Shown in pieces: positions 34,416 to 45,201 of a DNA stretch of 58,848 nt. The notes beneath the pieces are model-generated. The model was not told the DNA's origin. It ran no database searches and saw only the letters and a list, made by a program, of their open reading frames with translations. Origin of the DNA: Prasinococcaceae sp. CCMP 1430 (taxonomy: Eukaryota > Plantae > Prasinodermophyta); assembly GCA_013416795.1 (NCBI GenBank), contig RQSC01001348.1, forward strand, positions 7,699 to 66,546, in the 5' to 3' direction. The position numbers and the translations under genes are program-made. The first letter of the stretch is position 1. Each line of letters begins with the position of its first letter.

Positions 34416-35518
34416 TGTCGCGTTCGAAAATTCGAAAAACGAACCCTGTCAATATAAACCGTAATACGACTCGTGTGCTGCACCGAATTCAACACAGTCA
34501 AATCGAGACCCACAGAGGCCCACAAGCGCGCTGCAACCGTAACCCCAAATCCTGAACCCTACACACGTGTATTCCGAACCTCAAAAAAAAAGTGTGTGTG
34601 TGTGCGGGAAAACGGCGCCGCCGCCGCCGCGGCCACTCCCACCCCCCCACACAACGCAGAGGGGAGGGGCAGGGGCGCGTGCGACGTCCCACACGCGCGC
34701 CCCGCGCGCCCCTCGGCGGCGGCCTCCCCGAGGCGCTGCCCCCATATCCCCCCCCCATCCCCCCCCCGTCGCGGCCCGCGCGCAGGGGCCCGGCCCGCGC
34801 NNNNNNNNNNNNNNNNNNNNNNNNNNNNNNNNNNNNNNNNNNNNNNNNNNNNNNNNNNNNNNNNNNNNNNNNNNNNNNNNNNNNNNNNNNNNNNNNNNNN
34901 NNNNNNNNNNNNNNNNNNNNNNNNNNNNNNNNNNNNNNNNNNNNNNNNNNNNNNNNNNNNNNNNNNNNNNNNNNNNNNNNNNNNNNNNNNNNNNNNNNNN
35001 NNNNNNNNNNNNNNNNNNNNNNNNNNNNNNNNNNNNNNNNNNNNNNNNNNNNNNNNNNNNNNNNNNNNNNNNNNNNNNNNNNNNNNNNNNNNNNNNNNNN
35101 NNNNNNNNNNNNNNNNNNNNNNNNNNNNNNNNNNNNNNNNNNNNNNNNNNNNNNNNNNNNNNNNNNNNNNNNNNNNNNNNNNNNNNNNNNNNNNNNNNNN
35201 NNNNNNNNNNNNNNNNNNNNNNNNNNNNNNNNNNNNNNNNNNNNNNNNNNNNNNNNNNNNNNNNNNNNNNNNNNNNNNNNNNNNNNNNNNNNNNNNNNNN
35301 NNNNNNNNNNNNNNNNNNNNNNNNNNNNNNNNNNNNNNNNNNNNNNNNNNNNNNNNNNNNNNCGCGCGGCCCCTGCCGCGGACCCCATGAGCGCGTCGCC
35401 CGCGCGGCACGCGCTCCCCCCCCTGCGCGCGCGCGCGCTGTGGCGCCAACGAGGCACACAGCGCCCTCGTCTCCCCAACTTAAACCCTCTCACACCTAAA
35501 ACAGAACCCAAAACAGAA

Positions 35519-35578
35519 GACACACACACACACACACACGCCGCCGAGGCACTGATTGCGTCAATGAGTGCTTGACTT

Positions 35579-35658
<80 letters not shown>

Positions 35659-35659
35659 N
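35519..35659. repeat. (CA)n microsatellites; similar tracts at about 6570-6652, 18659-18681, 50042-50108 and 58600-58790
   Basis: Seen directly. Confidence 0.95.
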
Positions 35660-35893
35660 GCACTGGCACCTGCCCGAGCTCGCTACGGTAGATCTAGAGA
35701 CGAACCTGAATCTACCTGGAGAGCCCCAACTGTGGCGGCTCGCGCGATCGCAAACGCGTCCGCAAAAATGGCGGCTGGCGGGCGTCGCGCCACACCTCCC
35801 CGCTCTGACCCCCGGCGCCTGCCGCGCCCCGCCCGCGCGGCTTGCGGTGGCGCGTGGCGCCTTCGAGCTCCTGCACCGAGACTTCGCCGGCCG

Positions 35894-37609
35894 ATGACGA
35901 GGGCGCGCGGCGCCCCCGCCGCGGCGGGCCCGCTGCCCCCGCTCCTGTTGGCCGCGGCCGCGTTGGCCGTCGCGTTGCCGGTAGGGTTGGCGCAGGGCTC
36001 CGAGTCGGCCAACGTCAGCGCGATCGCGGGCGAGGACCTCGAGCCCTCGGCGGTGGTCTGGACGCCGCGCGCGCCGCTGCCGGCGCCGCTGTCGGACTTC
36101 TCGGCGACGCGCGTCCGCGCGCGGAGCGCCTCGCCGTACTCTACTACCGCCGCAGATGCGGGCAGCGGCGGCGACTACCTGATCGCCATTGTCGGCGGCT
36201 GCGACGGCGACCAGTCGCTCGTGTGCGAGGACGAGGATGCCCAGGTGGGGTGCTTCTTCGTGTGCCCGCACGCGACGGACGCCGTAGCGCTCTACCATCC
36301 TGCAATGGACAAGTATTTCGTGTCCGAGTCGGAGACAGCGCCCGACAGCGGCACGAACGACACGGCGATGTCGGGCGCTGAGGGCCAAAACGGCAGTAGC
36401 GACGATGGTACTGCGGTGGGCGCGAGCGCCGGTACGGTCGCGCGCGCTCCGGTGGCGCGGCTGAGGCACGCCGCCGCCGCCGTGCTTGGCGGCGAGTTGC
36501 TCGTCGTTGCGGGAGGGCGCACCGCCGACACCGATGAGCTCATCACCGCGATCGACGTCTTCAACGCGAGCAGCGGCACGTGGGCGGAGCCCTCGCCCAT
36601 CACCAACTGGACGGGTGCCACGAGCGATCTTGGCATGTTCGCACTGGACGACTGGCCCGCGCCCGGCGCAGCGACTGCCGTCGCGCTCGCTGGGTACGAC
36701 GCCGGCTACGAGGCGCTCCCTGACGCACAGGAGTTCGTGCTGGCGCCCGCGTCGGACCTGTCCTCCGTGCTGCCGCCAGGCACCGAGGTCCTGGCGACCT
36801 CGGAGCCCTTCACAGTCGGCGGCGCGGGCGCCCCCGCGCTGGCGCTCGCGTGGGTTCGCATGCCAGCGCAAGCGGGTGGCGTGCCGGACCTCCCCGACGC
36901 CGGGCGCGGCGACATCACGGTCGCTCAGGCGCCGCCCGTCGAGGAGGGCGTCCAAGCGATGGCAGTGGCCATCGGTGGCTACGTGGCGGGCGATTTCTGC
37001 AGCCCCGTCGCGACCGTGGACGCATTTGTGCCCTTTCCGACCGTGGCGGCGGCGACGAGCTCCGCAGGTGTTTGGGTATCGCTGCCCCCGCTCACGCACC
37101 CGCGTGCCGACGCCGCCGCCGGATGGGCGGACGGACGGCTGTTTGTCGCGGGCGGCGAAGGGACGCGCGAGTGCGCCGAGTTCTCGCTCGCGACCGATCA
37201 CGTCGAGGAGTGGACGCCACCAGTCGACTCCTTGCTCAACGCGAGCACCGCGTCGCTAGCCGCGTGGCGCGACGCGGGCGACTTTCCGGGCGAGCGCTTC
37301 CGATTCGCTGGCGCCAGCACGGAGAGCGCTCTGTTCTTGTTCGGCGGGCAAGCCAAGTTCGATGAGGCCTCGGGGACGTATCCACTCACCGAGGATGTTG
37401 TGGAGTTCCAAGAGGGATGCCCGTCCTTGCCGGGCAGCGGCGACGTCAACGGCGACTCTCAGGTGGACCTGACGGATCTCCAGGAGGCAGCCAAGCACGT
37501 GGCAAGCGCGCTTATCCCCAAATGCGTCCTATTCGCCGCAGATCTCGACGCGAACGGCGTGCTCGATGCTGCTGATCTCGCGATGCTGCAGGTCATCGTG
37601 CAAGAATGA
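35894..37609 (+). CDS. Secreted six-blade kelch-repeat protein with a C-terminal type I dockerin-like domain; intronless
   Basis: Signal peptide LLLAAAALAVALPVGLAQG. Six kelch blades (IVGGCD, VAGGRT, LAGYD, IGGYV, VAGGEG, LFGGQ) with W-x-P motifs. Tail GDVNGDSQVDLTDLQ...ADLDANGVLDAADLAML. TGTAA at 37789. Confidence 0.85.
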   Translation: MTRARGAPAAAGPLPPLLLAAAALAVALPVGLAQGSESANVSAIAGEDLEPSAVVWTPRAPLPAPLSDFSATRVRARSASPYSTTAADAGSGGDYLIAIVGGCDGDQSLVCEDEDAQVGCFFVCPHATDAVALYHPAMDKYFVSESETAPDSGTNDTAMSGAEGQNGSSDDGTAVGASAGTVARAPVARLRHAAAAVLGGELLVVAGGRTADTDELITAIDVFNASSGTWAEPSPITNWTGATSDLGMFALDDWPAPGAATAVALAGYDAGYEALPDAQEFVLAPASDLSSVLPPGTEVLATSEPFTVGGAGAPALALAWVRMPAQAGGVPDLPDAGRGDITVAQAPPVEEGVQAMAVAIGGYVAGDFCSPVATVDAFVPFPTVAAATSSAGVWVSLPPLTHPRADAAAGWADGRLFVAGGEGTRECAEFSLATDHVEEWTPPVDSLLNASTASLAAWRDAGDFPGERFRFAGASTESALFLFGGQAKFDEASGTYPLTEDVVEFQEGCPSLPGSGDVNGDSQVDLTDLQEAAKHVASALIPKCVLFAADLDANGVLDAADLAMLQVIVQE

Positions 37610-37832
37610 GCTCTGTTGAGTCAAGGCCAACGTGAAGCGTGCAAGCGGGGTGCTCTCTCAATCACGACGCAGCGTGTGTCCCACACGCGGGCGCCTCTAC
37701 GTGTTGGCAGCCAGCTCAACCGATGCAAGCTGCGGCTGGCGAGGGGACCTAAGAGATACGGCCCACGTCGACGCTACAACTACAGTACTGTAATGAAAGC
37801 CGTACAATTACAAGATCGATCGTTTGGACAAG

Positions 37833-39146
37833 TTACTGTCGCTTCAAGTTGCGGCCAGCGCCCACTGCGTCGCGCCCACCACCCACTGCCTCGTTGACGT
37901 ACTGCCCTGATACAAATGCCGCCCAGAACAATCCCGCTTGCGCGGTTGGCGATGCCGCAGCTTGCACAAGGGCAGGCCCGGGACAAGCCCCGAGGAGCCC
38001 CCAACCCACGCCAAACACCGCCGCACCCGCCAACAGGCGCGCGCTGACGTCGCCATTGTCGCCTGCGGTCGGGCCAAACTTGACCTCGTACGCGCCACCG
38101 CAGGTAGAGCCACTGCACGCCCGCCCCGCGCGCTGGTTTCGCATGATGATGGCGAAGGCCGGCGTGATGATGGCGAGCGCACCACCCATGACGAACATGA
38201 GGCTCGCATCGAAGTGAGGGGTGAGGGGCGAAAGGAAGCCAATGACCTGCGTGGGGTGGGTGGGTGAGAGCACTCCGAGTCAACGGATCGCAAGCCGGCG
38301 GGCGTCTGCGAATGACACGCATCGGAACCATGCACCCGCGCGCTCCGGGTGCTGCGCGCGCTCACCTTGCTAGGATTCGGCATGCCAGAGAGGACAAGCC
38401 CCGCGCCAAAGGTGGCGCCAAACGCCCCGTCAGCGACATCGTTCATGACTGCCTTGGTCGCCGCCGAGGGCGTGCCCTTGGCGATGGCACCCGCCACAAG
38501 GGGGACCGCGGTTGTCACGGCGAGTGCGGCGGCAGCGAGCGCATAGAACCCCTTCGAGGGCATCGACAGGCCCTGCGCGGTAGACATTCCCAGCGCCCCG
38601 GCTGTGCCTGACAAGAGCGACGCCGCAACTCCCGTTGCCATGAAGGTGCACGTCGCGAGGATCGAGCGCAGACTCAATCGACCAATACCTGCCAATGACA
38701 CGCGTCCGTGAATGTGCACGTGGAAAACATCGGGCGCGCGCACACGCGCGTCAGCGCACGCGCGCGAGAGCGCACGGCAGGGAATGCCTACCTCGTTCGC
38801 CAGCGCACGCACCGCACAGTCCGTGGCCCGACGTGCAACCGTTGCTCATTGCTGTGCCAAAGCAGACGCACGCCCCCGCAGCGAGCACGCGCGCGAGGCT
38901 CGCCGTCGGCACGATCTCCAGGAGCTCGGGCGTCAGCGCGGCTGCGGCGCGGCCGGATGCGAGAATGCCGACGACGAGCGCCATCTGGCCCCGCGAGCTG
39001 GGCCGGAAGGGCTCCAGCGCGGCGCCCTTGACGGCGCCGGCGATGCCCGTAATCCTGCCGCTGAGCTTCATTCTGCCGACCACCGTCGCGGCGAGCACCG
39101 CGCCCCCGAGCAGCGCCTGCACGGGCGTGAAGGCGAGCGCGTACAT
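37833..39146 (-). CDS. YeeE/YedE-family (sulfur/thiosulfate transport type) membrane protein with two fused halves, 3 exons
   Basis: ALLGG...GRITGIAG, FGTAMSNGCTSGHGLCG|IGRLSLRS, FGAGLVLSGM.NPSK|VIGFL, D.SLMFVMGGA and FGVGWGL.GACPGP. TGTAA at 37812-37808. Confidence 0.9.
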
Positions 39147-39514
39147 CTCCACTGCCAGCGCGCGAGGCGCGGTCCGCAAGGCCCGCCCGCGCGCGGCGGC
39201 CGCTCGCCGGACGCGCCCGCGCCGCGCCGCGCTGAAGTGGCGCCCACATCCACGCGCACGGCGTTCGGGGAACAGGGCGATGTCAAGGTTTGTGTTGCCG
39301 TGTTATTTAGGGATAGTTCTGCAAAGTAGGGTTTGCGTGAGAGTCAGCACTGAGTCTCCCGTGGGTATTGTGCACGTCAGAACGCATGCGGATTGCGCAT
39401 TTGGGCAGGCAGCGAGCGGCGCGCGCCACAGCGGGCGCGGCGCCCCTCCCTCCCCCCTCCCCCCCCCCTCCTCTGCCCATACCGTCCCCTCCCTTCATCG
39501 CCGCGCGCGGCGCG

Positions 39515-40724
39515 ATGGGGATGGCGGTGGCGTACCTGACCCTGTACAACTCGGTGCTCTGCGTGGGATGGTGCGCGGCGCGAGGCGGCGACGGCTGTTA
39601 GGGCTGCCGCTGCGGCGCGGCGGCGCGGCCGGGCCGAGCTGACGCACACCCGCGCGTGCGCGTGCGCTGGACGCCGCCTTCCTGCCGCCTCTTCTCCTCG
39701 CAACCCCTCGCCTCGGCCGATGGGACGTGGTAGGACGTACGTGCTGTACCTCACCATCGAGACGGTCCTCTCCGGCGCGGGCCCATCGGCAGTGTACCCG
39801 CGCACGGTGGACGTGCTGCAGCCCGTGCAGACTGCTGCCATCATGGAGGTCCTGCACTGCATGGTGGGCATCGTGCGCTCGGGGGTGGTCACCACAGCGG
39901 TGCAAGTTGCGTCGCGCCTGGGCATCCTGTGGGGCGTCTTGTACACCACACCGGAGGTGCAGGGAAACCCGGCGATTGTGTCGCTGCTTGCCGCGTGGGC
40001 GCTCACCGAACCAATCCGCTACTCGTTCTACACCTTTCAGCTGCTCAAACTGCCGGTGCCCGCGCCGCTGCTCTGGATCAGGTACTCGCTATTCATCATC
40101 GCATACCCGGTGCGTGCGCCAAACCAAACGCAAAGGGCATCCGCCTGCCTGCCCGCGCATCGACAGCTGTGCGTCCGTGCCTGCATGTGCGCCCTGAGGA
40201 CTCCACACACCGCAGCGCGCGCGCGGATACGCGGACCTCGCGCCGCACACGCGCCACTGCCTGGCGACCAACCGCTAACATTCGTACGCACGACGCACTC
40301 ATGCAGGTGGGCATCACCTCGGAGGTCGTGTTGGCGGTGTCTGCGCTGCCGCACATCCGTGCGGCTGTCGCCGCCACGGGCATGCTCAGCGTGTCGCTGC
40401 CGAACGCTTGGAATTTCGGCTTCGACTTCTACTGGGCGGCGGTCGTTGCGACCATGCTGTACGTGCCTGGCGCGCCCTTCCTGTATGTACGTGATGCCAG
40501 CGGGCTCGGACCGCTCACATTGCGCGCTTCCGCCTCCGTGTTTGCTATGCGCTGCCCCGCGCCTCGTGACAGTGCCCCCAGCCCCCCGGCGCATCAACAC
40601 ACAGCGCGTGCGCCTCGCTGACAGAATTGGCCGCGCCACGTATCTCGGCGCGAGCCGAATCCACCAACAGACCCACATGCTCAAACAGCGCAAGTCCAAG
40701 CTCTCAAAGGTCAAGACCGCGTAG
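39515..40724 (+). CDS. PAS2: Very-long-chain 3-hydroxyacyl-CoA dehydratase (PAS2/PHS1/HACD), 4 exons
   Basis: YLTLYN, QTAAIMEVLH, TT..QVASRL, AWALTEPIRYSFY, W.RYSLFI..YP|VGITSE, and terminal HMLKQRK..LSKVKTA. Confidence 0.93.
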
Positions 40725-40764
40725 CGGCTTATAATGGCGTATTCTTTGTGCTCACGCGGCACTG

Positions 40765-42161
40765 CTATAGCCGCATGATGACGTCCGTGTCGCACGCGGT
40801 GCCCGCGGTGGAGCTCATGGCGTGCACGCAGGCCTCGCGTTTGGCGGCGGCGCTCAGCGGATCCCGCGCGTGCGCAAGCGCGTACGCCACCGTGTCGCGT
40901 AGCTGTAGCGTCTCGCGATATCGAACGCACGCCGCGCGCAACGTGGCTGTCGCCTTCGCGTCGACGAAAGCGCCACCAGCAGCGACGGCCTGCAGCGGAC
41001 CGCGACGATTCGTGTCGGGATTGGATGGCAAATGAGCGGGCGCACGCGAGCGCGTGAGCGTCAGTGGGCGGTCAACGCACGGTCGCGCCCGCCCGCCCGC
41101 CGGCCGATACACGCACCTCTTGGTGCTCCTCCATGTGTCGCACCGCGAAGCCTCCCGCACCGTCGGCGTCGCCGCCCGCCAGCACGACGTAGTCCTGTAG
41201 CGAGAGGCACGCGTTCGACCACGCGATGTCCGACGAAACCACCTCATAGCGCGCATCAGCCCGCATCGATGCACCGTCGGGGCGCGCACGCATCTGCTTG
41301 TACGCCTGAGGGGGGGGCGCGACGTCCATGCGCTGGCGTTAGCGTCCGGTCGAGCGCGGAACTCAACATCTGAGGATGCGCACAGCGGCGCGCCGGAGCA
41401 CTCACCTCCACTTGCAACGCGGCAGTCACGCCCTCGCACATCATGCAGCCGAGCAATGGAGAGCCGAGCTCGGCGTCCGTGATCGTGCCCACGGCGTCGA
41501 CAGCAACGTCGCGCAGGAGGCGCCGGTGCTGTTCGTTCGGGACCTCATATCCGCGCACGCCCGCGTGCATCTCGGCGTAAGACACACTTCTCTCCGCCTC
41601 ACGCGAGAACTCCGCGGTGTCCGCGGGGCCGTCCGCGGCGGAGCCGACCGCGGCGAGGTGCGCAGCAAGTGCGTCGGCGGACATATCAGCGGCGTCAGGT
41701 GCGCTCCAGTCCCTCTTGCCCGCGCTCGCGAGCACCTCGGGAGGCACCCCAAGCCGCGCAATGCGCAGCTGACCGTCGTCGCCCGAGCGCTCCACACGCG
41801 CCGAGTTCGCCTCGCGCAGCGCGCGTTCGCGCTCCGCCTGCGCAGCCCGCGCGGCAGTCACCGCTCGCGCCCGCTCGCCCAGGACGCGGGTCAGGCTCTC
41901 CCTGCGCGGCGCTCCTGCCGCTGACGCGCCCGGCGTCGAGCACGTCCCGCGCGGGCCGGGCACGCACCCCTCGCGCGCCCCGCCGCGCGCGCCATACTGC
42001 TGCTGCTCCTGCTGCTGCTGCTGCTGCTGCTGCGATCCCTGCAGCTGCTGGCTCTGCTGTGGCTCTTGCTGCTGCTGCGTGCTGGCCACCGCACCGGCGA
42101 GCAGAAGCGCGAGCAGCGTCCACGCCGCCGCTCGTCCACCCACGCGCGTGCGCTGCGCCAT
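40765..42161 (-). CDS. Secreted Gln-rich protein with a saposin-like/Canopy (DUF3456-like) six-Cys domain, 3 exons
   Basis: Signal peptide WTLLALLLAGAVAS and a poly-Q stretch. CMMC followed by four further spaced Cys, across two GT-AG introns that keep the frame. Confidence 0.55.
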
Positions 42162-42636
42162 CCGCCCCTCCCCAGAGCGATCGCTCGCCCGCTCGCCAGC
42201 GCGCGCTGCACGTAGCGCGCGCGCCCCGTGTGACGCGCACCCCCTTCTCCCTCCCCGTCGGCCCCGCGGTCCGACCGAGCCCATTCGCCCTTCTCGCCCT
42301 CTCCGCCCCCCTCTTCGGCCCCCCAACCCCCTCCGTACACTGCACCCACCCCACCCTCACTGGCCACACACCCCCGCCTGCGTCTGCGCGCGCCAGGTGG
42401 GCGCAGCGAGGCGCGCTCGGGGAACGACCCCCTATTTATTACAATGTTGTGAATGTGAAGGGGGAGCGCCGCGCCGCCGTCTTGCGCGTTGCGCCCCGCC
42501 GCGAGCGAGCGCGGGGGATGCGCGCGCGCGCTGGTGATGAGCACGGCGGCGGGCCTGGTGTACAAATTCGTGATCTTATTGTGTAGGGCGTCACGCGCAG
42601 CGTGTGAAGCGCGGTCGCGCGTGTTGCGTGCGGTGG

Positions 42637-44159
42637 CTAGAGCGTGTTGCCGAGTCCCACTGTGGAGAACTTGGACAGCAGCAGCTTGCGTGCGTCCTCG
42701 GCACCGGCTTCCTCAGGGTCGAGTTTGGTTCCAGCGTTGAGAGAGGACATTGCGCTCGAGGTTGTGCAGCGGCCGAACGGCTCCGACACAACAGGCGCGG
42801 TTGAGGTGGGCGCGGGGCCTGCGGAACAGAGGCAGAGAGACGGGTGCAAGCAGGGGAGACACAGGGCCATGTCAGACCAGCGGTCGGGCGTTCGAGCAAG
42901 CAATCACGCGCGCACGCGCGCGTGCGTGTCACGCACCCTCATCGCGCGTGTAGAAGAGTAGGTAGCCATGCTCTGAATTGCCAGGCACATTGTCTCCGCT
43001 GGCGCCGTAGTACTGCTCGAGCGCGTCCTCATCGACGATCTCGACGCTCTCGTCATCGAACAGCAGCCATCGGCCCTGGGATTCGACAAGGCACACGTAG
43101 TGACCGTGGTTCGGACCCGAACCGATGTGGACCACCACCGCAAAGAGCGAGTAGCCGGCCTCGGCGCCCTCCGCATTCACGGCCGTGTTGAACAGGCGAA
43201 GCTCGTTGGGGAACACCACGCGGTGTGAGAGCTTCTTCATCCGGCCGAGCGACTCGATGAACTGGCCGGTGGCAACGGCGCGTGCGGTTGCTTGCGCGCG
43301 TCAGCCACGGATCCACAGCGCTCGCTCGCGCACACGCGGCACACGCGCTGGGAGCGTCAGGTCCACGCACCTTGAATCGCTTCAAGTGCAGGCAGAGGAC
43401 CTGCGGCGTCTTCTTGATGCGCAGCCTCTTCTGCGCCTCTTGGTAGGTGCAGCACGTGTCGCAGCAGAACTTCTCGTCACCCGAGAGCGTCTCAGTCTTC
43501 GAAAAGCTCTTGAGACACGCGGTGACGCTCGAGTCGGCGTCGATGTCGATGGACAGGTCCAGGAAGCTCTCGTCGCGACTTGTCACGCTCTCGCAGAACA
43601 TGCAGCGCGTCTCGTTGGTGAGCACGCCCTCAAAGAGCTCGTGAATGAAGGTCTTCGGCGCGGCCGGCTCGTCGGCATCGGCGCCACCGCCGGGCGACGG
43701 CGCTTGCGCGCCCGCCGCGCCCCCGCCCCCGCGCCGCTCGCGGGCGGCCTTCTCCTGCTTCTCGAGCAGCTCGGCGAGTTCGTTGAGCAGGTAGTTGACG
43801 AACTCGTGCGCGTCCTGGTGCATGTACCCGCTGAAGAGCTCGTTGTCCCTCTTGAGCCGGTGCACGAACTTTCTGGGCGCAATGACGCCCGTGCGCTTCT
43901 TCGAGGAGGCGATCTGCGCCACGAGGTCCGCCAGGCACGTGAGCAGGCTCTCCGGGGGTCGCTCCGAGCTCGGCAGCTCCTCTATGGCCTCGTGGTAGCG
44001 CAGGAGCCGCTCGCGGAACGGCCTGCAGAACATGAGCGCCTGGAGGACCGAGTTGCAGTAGCACGTGTTGCCGAAGTTCTCCAGGCCGAAGTAGCGCTCT
44101 TCGCCGTCCCCGGAGGACTCCGCGAGCGCCTTCTCGAGCTTGCTGCTCGACGTGCCCAT
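42637..44159 (-). CDS. Ubiquitin-specific protease of the USP12/USP46 (plant UBP3/4) type, 3 exons
   Basis: MG start, [18 protein letters not shown] Cys box, [18 protein letters not shown] and His box [12 protein letters not shown]...FDD. Introns about 43262-43368 and 42819-42932; the last exon gives a unique C-terminal tail. Confidence 0.95.
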
Positions 44160-44977
44160 GGTGGCCGGGCGCGCGCGCGCCGGCACGCGCGCGCGCCCGC
44201 CGCGCGCCGCCCAGGGGCTCGAGAGGCACACACACACGCACGCACGAAAGAAAAGCCCACCGGGGGGCAGCGCCCGCCGCGAGCGCGCCCGCTCCGAGCC
44301 CGAGCCTCCCAGCAGGCGACGTGCGGCGTCGCAGGCTCCCTCGGCTCCCCCCTCTCCGCCCCCCTCCCCTCCCCCCCCGCGCAGCGCGCCGCCGCGCNNN
44401 NNNNNNNNNNNNNNNNNNNNNNNNNNNNNNNNNNNNNNNNNNNNNNNNNNNNNNNNNNNNNNNNNNNNNNNNNNNNNNNNNNNNNNNNNNNNNNNNNNNN
44501 NNNNNNNNNNNNNNNNNNNNNNNNNNNNNNNNNNNNNNNNNNNNNNNNNNNNNNNNNNNNNNNNNNNNNNNNNNNNNNNNNNNNNNNNNNNNNNNNNNNN
44601 NNNNNNNNNNNNNNNNNNNNNNNNNNNNNNNNNNNNNNNNNNNNNNNNNNNNNNNNNNNNNNNNNNNNNNNNNNNNNNNNNNNNNNNNNNNNNNNNNNNN
44701 NNNNNNNNNNNNNNNNNNNNNNNNNNNNNNNNNNNNNNNNNNNNNNNNNNNNNNNNNNNNNNNNNNNNNNNNNNNNNNNNNNNNNNNNNNNNNNNNNNNN
44801 NNNNNNNNNNNNNNNNNNNNNNNNNNNNNNNNNNNNNNNNNNNNNNNNNNNNNNNNNNNNNNNNNNNNNNNNNNNNNNNNNNNNNNNNNNNNNNNNNNNN
44901 NNNNNNNNNNNNNNNNNNNNNNNNNNNNNNNNNNNNNNNNNNNNNNNNNNNNNNNNNNNNNNNNNNNNNNNNNNNNN

Positions 44978-45165
44978 GCCGCGCTGCCGCCGCGGGCGCC
45001 TCTCGCGCGCTCTCCGCGTCGGCGGCGTCGGCGGCGTCTGCTGGCGGCGACTACGACGTCGTCGTCGTTGGCGGCGGGCCGGGCGGGTACGTGGCGGCGA
45101 TCAAGGCGGCCCAGCTGGGGCTCAAGACGGCGTGTGTGGAGGGACGCGGTACGCTCGGCGGCACC

Positions 45166-45201
<36 letters not shown>

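Noticed and set aside
35519-35659. Repeat arrays as possible CRISPR or mobile-element termini
   Set aside because: They are simple microsatellites with no repeat-spacer structure, no cas or transposase gene, and no TIR/TSD pattern.
35894-37609. Bacterial contamination as the source of the dockerin gene
   Set aside because: It has a eukaryote-style signal peptide, a TGTAA signal, host-like GC content, and gap-free continuity with the spliced YeeE gene. The upstream gap and single N mean long-read confirmation is still advisable.
42637-42903. Apparent separate small ORF
   Set aside because: It is better explained as the phase-matched last exon of the USP gene.
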